Part shown: one piece after another, positions 57,312 through 64,000 of the stretch
Layout: every line of letters starts with the position of its first letter
How positions within the stretch are numbered: the first letter of the stretch is position 1
From: Pseudomonadota bacterium
GTDB lineage: Bacteria > Desulfobacterota > UBA8473
Direction of reading: 5' to 3'
DNA: 64,000 nucleotides
NCBI GenBank assembly: GCA_043825855.1
Contig: JBDRRJ010000008.1
Coordinates: forward strand, 1,551 to 65,550
Position numbers and translations under genes: made by a program
Notes under the pieces: model-generated
What the model saw: only the letters and a program-made list of their open reading frames with translations
Told to the model about the DNA's origin: nothing
Databases searched by the model: none

Positions 57312-58625
57312 GTGATTTCGGAACTGACTCGTTTGATTGACGAAGTTGGAAAAAACAAGGGGATCAACAGGGAAATACTCATAGAAGCCTTGGAATCTGC
57401 TATGTTGACAGCAGCCAAAAAGAAATTTGGTCCTTATCAAGACATTGAAGCCAGTTTTAATGAAGAACTGGGAGAAGTTGAACTATTTGAATTTAAAACA
57501 GTAGTTAATAAGGTTAAGGACCCCCGCGTAGAAATATCTTTTGAAGAAGCTGTGGAAATGGACCCTGGAGTTGAGCTTGGTGATAGTCTTGGTGCAAAAA
57601 TGGATGTAGGAACATTCGGCAGGATATCAGCCCAGACCGCCAAGCAGGTTATAATACAAAAAGTAAGGGATGCCGAGAGAGAGAATGTTTATAACGACTA
57701 TAAAGACCGTAAAGGAGAACTGGTCAATGGTATTATCCATCGTATCGACAGAAACAACATAATTGTCAATTTAGGAAGGGCAGAAGCTATTCTTCCACCC
57801 CATGAACAGGTTCCGAAAGAGATGTATAATCAAGGGGACCGAATTAAAGCTTATATACTGGATATTCTCAAGTCTTCCAAAGGGACACAGATTATTCTTT
57901 CGAGAACACACCCAGGGTTGCTCATAAGACTATTTGAAGTTGAAGTTCCAGAAATTTCTGAGGAGATTGTGAAGATTAAAGGTGCTGTAAGAGAACCTGG
58001 CAGCAGAGCTAAAATAGCAGTCTATTCTGAGGATTTGGACGTTGATCCAGTCGGTGCCAGTGTAGGTATGAAGGGTTCTCGAGTTAGGAGTGTTGTTCAA
58101 GAGCTGCATGGTGAGAAGATAGATATAGTACCATGGAGTGATGATCCAGCTAAATTTGTATGCAACGCCTTGTCCCCTGCAGAGATTTCAGAAGTGATAA
58201 TAGACGATTTAGGAAAGACAATAGAAGTTATTGTTGCTGATGACCAGCTATCTTTAGCTATCGGGAAGAAAGGACAAAATGTACGTTTAGCTGCCAGACT
58301 TACAGGTTGGAAGATAGACATCAAGAGTGAATCAAAAGTCGCTGGAATTGCAGAAGATGCACATAAGTCACTTGTTGACATTCCTGGAATAGGCGATTCT
58401 ACAGCAGTTGCCTTATTTAAGGAGGGGTTTTTTTCTGCATTTGATATTTCCAGTGCAACTATTGGAGAACTTACCAAAATAGAGGGTATTGGAGACAAAA
58501 AAGCTGAAAGGCTTAAAAAAGCTGCTGAAGAGTACTTGAAACAAAAAGACCTGGAAAAAAGCAAAGAGAACTCAAAAAAAGATATATCGTTGGCAAACGG
58601 AGATAAAGTCGAAGCCAATAGTTAA
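57312..58625 (+). CDS. nusA: Transcription termination/antitermination factor NusA
   Basis: 437 aa with S1, KH1 and KH2 domains and a C-terminal HhH region. GTG start with an AGGGAG RBS. Confidence 0.96.
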   Translation: MISELTRLIDEVGKNKGINREILIEALESAMLTAAKKKFGPYQDIEASFNEELGEVELFEFKTVVNKVKDPRVEISFEEAVEMDPGVELGDSLGAKMDVGTFGRISAQTAKQVIIQKVRDAERENVYNDYKDRKGELVNGIIHRIDRNNIIVNLGRAEAILPPHEQVPKEMYNQGDRIKAYILDILKSSKGTQIILSRTHPGLLIRLFEVEVPEISEEIVKIKGAVREPGSRAKIAVYSEDLDVDPVGASVGMKGSRVRSVVQELHGEKIDIVPWSDDPAKFVCNALSPAEISEVIIDDLGKTIEVIVADDQLSLAIGKKGQNVRLAARLTGWKIDIKSESKVAGIAEDAHKSLVDIPGIGDSTAVALFKEGFFSAFDISSATIGELTKIEGIGDKKAERLKKAAEEYLKQKDLEKSKENSKKDISLANGDKVEANS

Positions 58626-58745
58626 ACAGGCAGTGTAACCGTTTCGTAATTCACACAACTTTTTTGTGAAGTTAAGGGAGTTGAGGAGTTACTCAAATAT
58701 TAATTGTGAGGCGAAATAGAACTATATTCCTTTTGGGGGGATTGA

Positions 58746-61211
58746 ATGGTTAGAGTGTATGAGTTGGCTCAAGAATTAGGTATGACTAACAATGAATTTA
58801 TTGATGAACTTGAGAAGCTAGGCATAGAGGTAAAGAGCCACATGAGTTCTATTGAGGAAGAAAAAGTTGAGGTGATTAAAAGACGTCTCACTGGAGTTAA
58901 AGCTCAGGAACTTATTGAGAAGAGGGTAAAACCTACGGTTATTCGGAGAAGGATCAAGAAGATAGAACCGGAAGTTGAAACGGTGGAAGCTGAAGCTGTA
59001 AAAGCCGAATTACCAGAGGTTGAAAAACCTGTAATAGATATGCAGGAAGAGCAGGAAGAAGCGTCAGCACCTACCCAGGCTGCATCCGAAGAGGTTGTTG
59101 AAAAAATTGAAGAACCTGTTCAAACAGAGGAGATTAAAGAAGAAGAGGTGGTACCTGAACCTGTTAGTGTTGTAACAGAGAGACCCGAGGAAAAGAAGCA
59201 GATAAAAAGAGTTGCTGAAATAGTAAAAGACGAAGATCAGGTGAAGGTTAAACCTGTTAAAAAAGGTATAAAGAGAGAACCTGAAGACATAATAAAGCCA
59301 AAGCCCTTTAAAAGAAAGGTAATCTATAAGAAGAAAGACGACTTTTCACCGAAGGAATTATTTGAAAAGGAAGATACCTTTGAACCTACTATGGGTACAG
59401 GGGTAAAAAGAGGTCAACCCAAGCGGATAAAGAAAAAAACAGAGATTACTATTCCAAAGGCAATTAAGAGGAAGATAAGGATATTAGAGACTATTACGGT
59501 TAACGAACTTGCTAAGAAGATTGGAATTAAGGCAAGTAATATTATAAAGAAGTTGATGGACCTGGGAGTTATTGCAACGATTAATCAACCTTTGGATATT
59601 GATACTGCTTCCTTAATTGCAAGTGAGTTTTCTTACGCTGTTGAAAGGATACCAATAGAGGAAGACATATTTGAAAGAGAGGAAGATGCACCTGAGGAAT
59701 TAGTACATAGACCACCTGTAGTTACTGTAATGGGTCATGTAGACCATGGAAAAACCTCTCTTCTGGATGCTATACGCGAGACTAATGTCATAGGGAAAGA
59801 AGCAGGTGGCATTACACAGCATATAGGAGCCTATCAAGTAAGTCTCCCAAAAGGTGACATAGTATTTTTAGATACTCCAGGCCATGAAGCTTTTACGGCG
59901 ATGAGGGCAAGGGGAGCCCAGGTTACCGATATTGTAATTCTGGTAGTGGCGGCTGATGATGGTGTGATGTCTCAGACAATAGAAGCTATAAACCATGCAA
60001 AGGCTGCTGGCGTGACATTGATGGTTGCGATTAATAAAATTGATAAAACCAATGCAGACGTTGATAGAGTAAAACGAAACCTCATAGAACATGGACTTGT
60101 CCCGGAAGAATTGGGTGGAGAGACTGTCTTTGTGGAGGTTTCTGCCAAAAAGAAGCAGGGCATAAATGACATCCTGGAACTTATCCTGCTGCAGGCTGAA
60201 ATGTTAGAGCTGAAGGCTAATCCTAACAAGGCAGCCAACGGAGTTGTTATTGAGGCGAAACTGGATAAAGGCAGGGGGGCGGTAGCTACTGTGCTTATTA
60301 AGGAAGGCACCTTAAAGGTTGGCGATCCTTTTGTAGTTGGAACAAAATTTGGGAAGATAAGAGCGCTGGTTAATGAAAATGGAGAGAAGGTAACAGAAGC
60401 AGGCCCGGCTATGCCTATAGAAATTATCGGACTTTCTGGAGTGCCAGAGGCAGGGGACAGCTTTGTTGTGGTTGATGACGAGAAGAAAATAAGACAAATT
60501 GCATTGTTAAGACAGCAAAAGAAAAGGGAATCTGAGCTTGTTAAGACGAGAAAAATTGCATTGGAAAACCTTTATGATAGAATTCAAGAAGGTAATGTAA
60601 AAGAACTGAATATAATTCTTAAGGCAGATGTACAGGGGTCAATTGAAGCTCTTTTAAAGGCGTTAAATGAGCTGAGTACAGATGCAATAAAATTACATGC
60701 TATCCATGCCTCCGTTGGCGGTATAGTAGAGTCCGATGTAATGTTAGCCTCTGCCTCAAATGCAATAATAATTGGTTTTAACGTTAAATCAGATACAAAG
60801 GTTCAGCAGATTGCCGAACAGGAAAAAGTGAGTATCAGGTTTTATAGTATTATATATGATGTAGTATCCGACATGAAGAAAGCCATGGAAGGCTTGTTGG
60901 AACCGACACTGGAAGAGAGGACATTGGGAAGAGCAGAGGTAAGAAGCACATTTCATATATCAAAAACGGGTACTATAGCGGGTAGTTTTGTTCTGAACGG
61001 AAAGATTGTAAAAGGGGAATATGTTCGTTTGTTAAGGGATAATGTAGTGATTCACGAAGGAAAGATATACTCATTAAAGAGATTCAAGGACGATGTGAAA
61101 GAAGTCGAATCCGGCTATGAATGCGGGATAGGGATAGAAAACTTTAATGATTTAAAAGTAGATGATATTATTGAATCTTATACTTTTGATAAAGTTTTGG
61201 CAACTCTGTAA
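58746..61211 (+). CDS. infB: Translation initiation factor IF-2
   Basis: 821 aa. G domain motifs [21 protein letters not shown] and NKID. Confidence 0.97.
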   Translation: MVRVYELAQELGMTNNEFIDELEKLGIEVKSHMSSIEEEKVEVIKRRLTGVKAQELIEKRVKPTVIRRRIKKIEPEVETVEAEAVKAELPEVEKPVIDMQEEQEEASAPTQAASEEVVEKIEEPVQTEEIKEEEVVPEPVSVVTERPEEKKQIKRVAEIVKDEDQVKVKPVKKGIKREPEDIIKPKPFKRKVIYKKKDDFSPKELFEKEDTFEPTMGTGVKRGQPKRIKKKTEITIPKAIKRKIRILETITVNELAKKIGIKASNIIKKLMDLGVIATINQPLDIDTASLIASEFSYAVERIPIEEDIFEREEDAPEELVHRPPVVTVMGHVDHGKTSLLDAIRETNVIGKEAGGITQHIGAYQVSLPKGDIVFLDTPGHEAFTAMRARGAQVTDIVILVVAADDGVMSQTIEAINHAKAAGVTLMVAINKIDKTNADVDRVKRNLIEHGLVPEELGGETVFVEVSAKKKQGINDILELILLQAEMLELKANPNKAANGVVIEAKLDKGRGAVATVLIKEGTLKVGDPFVVGTKFGKIRALVNENGEKVTEAGPAMPIEIIGLSGVPEAGDSFVVVDDEKKIRQIALLRQQKKRESELVKTRKIALENLYDRIQEGNVKELNIILKADVQGSIEALLKALNELSTDAIKLHAIHASVGGIVESDVMLASASNAIIIGFNVKSDTKVQQIAEQEKVSIRFYSIIYDVVSDMKKAMEGLLEPTLEERTLGRAEVRSTFHISKTGTIAGSFVLNGKIVKGEYVRLLRDNVVIHEGKIYSLKRFKDDVKEVESGYECGIGIENFNDLKVDDIIESYTFDKVLATL

Positions 61212-61225
61212 TTTTAACTTTTAGA

Positions 61226-61285
61226 TTGCTTTGTAATTTGGTTTTGCTACGCAACGCCGCAGATGGATTTTTTACGAAGCCATCA
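61226..61285. repeat. Family-A element, short copy
   Basis: GCTACGCAACGCCGCAGATGGATTTTTTACGAAGCCATCA matches the right end of 9317-9471, and GCTTTGTAA upstream resembles the left TIR. Confidence 0.4.
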
Positions 61286-61317
61286 ACTTAAAACTGTAAT
61301 TTTCCAAATAAAACAAG

Positions 61318-61605
61318 ATGGTTATAGGTATTTGCCACTTGGATATTATTATAGAAGGTAACTCCTCCTTAAAAGGGAAGCGTCAGGTTTTAAGAAAGAT
61401 TATTGATAGGGTTAGACAAAAATTCAATGTATCTATAGCAGAAGTGGGAGAGAACGATAAGTGGCAGAGAGCGCAATTGGGTTTTTGTGTGGTAGGTAAT
61501 GATAAAAAATATGTCAATTCTTCTCTGGATAAGATAACTAACTTTATCGATAACCTTAGGGTAGCGGATATACTTAACTCAGAGATAGATATACTTGACT
61601 ATTAA
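61318..61605 (+). CDS. DUF503 (YlxP-like) protein
   Basis: 95 aa, in the usual position between infB and rbfA. ...SLKGKRQVLRKIIDRVRQKFNVSIAEVGENDKWQRA is the DUF503 pattern. Confidence 0.8.
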   Translation: MVIGICHLDIIIEGNSSLKGKRQVLRKIIDRVRQKFNVSIAEVGENDKWQRAQLGFCVVGNDKKYVNSSLDKITNFIDNLRVADILNSEIDILDY

Positions 61606-61631
61606 TATAACCCTGGCACTGGAGACTTGAG

Positions 61632-61985
61632 ATGGACTACAAAAGAGCTGATAGGGTTTCTGATCTCCTTAAAGAAGAGATCGCTCAAATGTTATTAAGA
61701 GATATTAAAGACCCCAGAATTGGTTTTGTGACAATCACTGACGTTGAAGTAACTGATGACCTTCGTCAAGCAAGGGTATTTTTCAGTATGATTGAGAGCA
61801 ATGGAGAGATAGAAAGGACCACAAAGGGGTTAAATAGCGCATCCACATATATTAAAAAGCAGTTGGGAAAGAAGTTGAGAATGCGTTATATCCCGGATAT
61901 TGTCTTTAAATTTGACAGTTCGTTAAAATACGGAAGCCATATCGATAGTATCCTTGAAGGTTTAAAAAGGACAGCCTCTGACTGA
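61632..61985 (+). CDS. rbfA: Ribosome-binding factor A
   Basis: RADRVSDLLKEEIAQML...DPRIGFVTITDVEVTDDLRQARVF. Confidence 0.92.
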   Translation: MDYKRADRVSDLLKEEIAQMLLRDIKDPRIGFVTITDVEVTDDLRQARVFFSMIESNGEIERTTKGLNSASTYIKKQLGKKLRMRYIPDIVFKFDSSLKYGSHIDSILEGLKRTASD

Positions 61986-61989
61986 TGAA

Positions 61990-62949
61990 ATGGAAGCAAA
62001 AATAGTCGAAGAAATAAAGAGAAACAAATCATTCCTGATTGCCTCCCATATTAATCCAGAAGGCGATGCCATAGGTTCAGCCCTCGCCCTGGCAATTTCC
62101 TTAAAGAATATTGGTAAAAGTGTAACGGTTTTTAATCAAGACCCCATTCCTTGGAATCTGCAATTTCTACCTATGAGTAATGAGATTATTCATAAGATAG
62201 ATGAGTCTCATGATTTTGATGTTGCCTTTGTTTTAGACTGTGGAGATCTTGAAAGAGTAGGGGATGGGATTGAGGTTATAAAAAAAGTAAAGAAGGTAAT
62301 AAATATAGATCACCATATGACTAATACTAATTTTGGTGATTTAATATTGGTGGATCCAAAATCAAGTTCTACTGCAGAAATTATATATGCAGTTATAAAG
62401 GGGATTCCCGCTGAAATTACATACGATATCGCTCTTAACATCTATACTGGGATATTAACTGATACCGGTGCTTTTCGCAATTCAAACACAAATGAGTATT
62501 CTTTTCATGTTGCAACTGAGATGGTCAGGGTTGGGGTCGATCCACATAGCGTGTCTGAGAAGGTTTATCAGGAAATGCCTGTTGCCAGGCTTAAATTGCT
62601 TGGGCTGGTATTAAATACATTAGAGGTTTTAGACAGTGGGAGAGTAGCCTCCGTAGAGGTAACTCTTTCGATGTTGGAAAGTTCAGGCGCTAATCCGGGG
62701 CTCACTGAGGATATGGTAAGTTACCCAAGGTCTATTGTGGGGGTAAAAGTGGCAGTCTTGTTCCGGGAGATGTCAGAGAATTATTATAAGGTTAGTTTCC
62801 GATCTGACAAAGATGTTGATGTAGCTGATATTGCCAGAGAATTCAATGGAGGAGGACACCCAAGTGCTTCGGGTGGGAGTGTTGCAGGCAGCCTGTCAGA
62901 AGTAAAGAGAAAGGTCTTTGAAGCTATTGGTAAAAGGTTGGGTCAATGA
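61990..62949 (+). CDS. nrnA: DHH/DHHA1 phosphoesterase (NrnA-like oligoribonuclease/pAp phosphatase)
   Basis: ...HINPEGDAIGS..., ...DHH... and ...GGGHPSASG are the motifs. Confidence 0.85.
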   Translation: MEAKIVEEIKRNKSFLIASHINPEGDAIGSALALAISLKNIGKSVTVFNQDPIPWNLQFLPMSNEIIHKIDESHDFDVAFVLDCGDLERVGDGIEVIKKVKKVINIDHHMTNTNFGDLILVDPKSSSTAEIIYAVIKGIPAEITYDIALNIYTGILTDTGAFRNSNTNEYSFHVATEMVRVGVDPHSVSEKVYQEMPVARLKLLGLVLNTLEVLDSGRVASVEVTLSMLESSGANPGLTEDMVSYPRSIVGVKVAVLFREMSENYYKVSFRSDKDVDVADIAREFNGGGHPSASGGSVAGSLSEVKRKVFEAIGKRLGQ

Positions 62950-63881
62950 ATGGTATATTGATTATTGATAAACCACCTGGGATCACTTCTCATGATGTTG
63001 TGAAGAGAGTAAAGAGGATGCTTAAGGTTCGCAAAGCAGGGCATACAGGTACTTTAGACCCTCTGGCCACCGGAGTTCTTCCTGTTTGTATAAATGAAGC
63101 GACCAAGATAGTTCAATTTCTGATAAACGATGATAAGGAATATGAAGCAGAGTTAAGGCTGGGTATAGAAACAGATACTCAGGATAATTCAGGTAGAGTA
63201 ATTAAAGAGTCTTGCCAGATTCCAGAGGATCATAATAAGATAATTGACACCATTATGAGCTTCGAGGGTAATATTAAGCAAAAGCCACCAGTTTTTTCAG
63301 CCTTGAAGCATCATGGCACCCCTCTTTACAAGCTGGCAAGAAAAGGTGTATGCGTTGATACCGAAGAGAGGGAAGTACAGATATTCAAAATTAATATTAC
63401 CAGGATTGACCTTCCCTATATTTCTTTTTTGGTGTCCTGTTCTAAAGGAACCTATATTAGAACATTATGCGCTGACATTGGTAAGAGGTTGGGTTGTGGT
63501 GCCCACCTGGTCAGGCTAAAAAGGATAAGAAGTGGCAGCTTTGACATAAAAGATTCTCATTCTTTAGATGAGATAGAAACCCTGGCCAAAAATGGGACGA
63601 TAAAAGAGAAAGTAGTCCCATTAGATAAGGCTTTAAATAACTTACCTCAGATAAAGATAAGTGACGATCTGGCAGAAAGGGTTAGGCATGGCAAACAGAT
63701 TATTGTTGACGATCTTAGAGACATCTGTCTATCCCATATTAAAAGAGGAGAAAGTCTAAGGATTACTTCTTCAAAGAATGATCTAATTGCTGTAGGTGAA
63801 TCTTTGATAAATTCTCCATTAACCGAAAAGGAAGAAGGACGTAAACTTATTTGTAGATTAGTTCGAGTTTTTAACACTTGA
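62946..63881 (+). CDS. truB: tRNA pseudouridine(55) synthase
   Basis: GILIIDKPPGITSHDVV...GHTGTLDPLATGVL. An ATGA overlap joins it to nrnA. Confidence 0.95.
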   Translation: MNGILIIDKPPGITSHDVVKRVKRMLKVRKAGHTGTLDPLATGVLPVCINEATKIVQFLINDDKEYEAELRLGIETDTQDNSGRVIKESCQIPEDHNKIIDTIMSFEGNIKQKPPVFSALKHHGTPLYKLARKGVCVDTEEREVQIFKINITRIDLPYISFLVSCSKGTYIRTLCADIGKRLGCGAHLVRLKRIRSGSFDIKDSHSLDEIETLAKNGTIKEKVVPLDKALNNLPQIKISDDLAERVRHGKQIIVDDLRDICLSHIKRGESLRITSSKNDLIAVGESLINSPLTEKEEGRKLICRLVRVFNT

Positions 63882-63997
63882 AGGCTTTGTAAAAAGTCCA
63901 TCTAAAGCGTTTCGCTGCATCCCTCGTCGTTGCAGCTTAATTATAAGTATGCTGTCGCTGTACTCCTTGTGATTTTTGACTTTTTGCGAGTCCAACA
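63879..63997. repeat. Family-A element, inverted and internally shortened copy
   Basis: TGAAGGCTTTGTAAAAAGTC...CATCCCTCGTCGTT...GACTTTTTGCGAGTCCAACA aligns with the reverse complement of 9317-9471. The left TIR overlaps the truB stop codon. Confidence 0.55.
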
Positions 63998-64000
63998 AAC

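Noticed and set aside
57437-60497. Antisense ORFs within nusA and infB (for example 58097..58618 and 59972..60310).
   Set aside because: They lie opposite highly conserved housekeeping genes and have Ser-, Leu- and Phe-rich shadow composition.
1-64000. Search by eye for CRISPR arrays, cas genes, restriction-modification, toxin-antitoxin, Abi/CBASS/retron-like defence genes, integrases and prophage genes.
   Set aside because: I saw no regularly spaced short repeats and no ORF with the corresponding hallmark motifs. The only mobile-element trace is the IS4 relic. The orphan ORFs all sit inside the glycan operon, and their context points to carbohydrate enzymes rather than defence.

Overview
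AT-rich bacterial chromosome segment. I cannot assign a taxon from sequence alone; the gene order rimP-nusA-infB-DUF503-rbfA-nrnA-truB fits a delta-proteobacterial or Nitrospirota-like anaerobe. Housekeeping genes sit at both ends: ribF', valS, nadC, coaX and a DUF167 gene on the left, and tRNA-Gly(CCC), rimP, nusA, infB, rbfA, nrnA and truB on the right. They flank a surface-glycan biosynthesis island of about 45 kb and 40 genes (about 10.6-56.3 kb), encoded entirely on the minus strand. The island is a compositional mosaic holding these parts:
- a dTDP-rhamnose cassette
- a GC-rich block with a pyruvate-dehydrogenase-type E1 alpha/beta pair and two aminotransferases
- an initiating phosphoglycosyl transferase
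- 7 methyltransferases
- 3 DegT-type aminotransferases
- an AsnB-type amidotransferase
- Wzx and Wzy
- two separate CMP-activated acidic-sugar modules, one built on NeuB/NeuA and one on an HpcH-type pyruvate aldolase plus a KdsB-like cytidylyltransferase
- three large orphan GT-B-like proteins
- an EPS-type MarR regulator

Decay and rearrangement scars are frequent:
- a clipped manC
- an IS4-family transposase relic
- two internally deleted B12-radical-SAM pseudogenes
- a 350-bp segmental duplication carrying a pseudogenised regulator copy
- 44-bp direct repeats around the rfb cassette
- two families of hairpin (MITE/REP-like) intergenic repeats

I recognised no CRISPR array, integrase, toxin-antitoxin or classical defence genes. 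The best candidate for something undescribed is the aldolase-based ulosonic-acid-like module together with the orphan HP-motif transferase-like proteins. All family calls come from reading the translated ORFs by eye and need profile searches to confirm.
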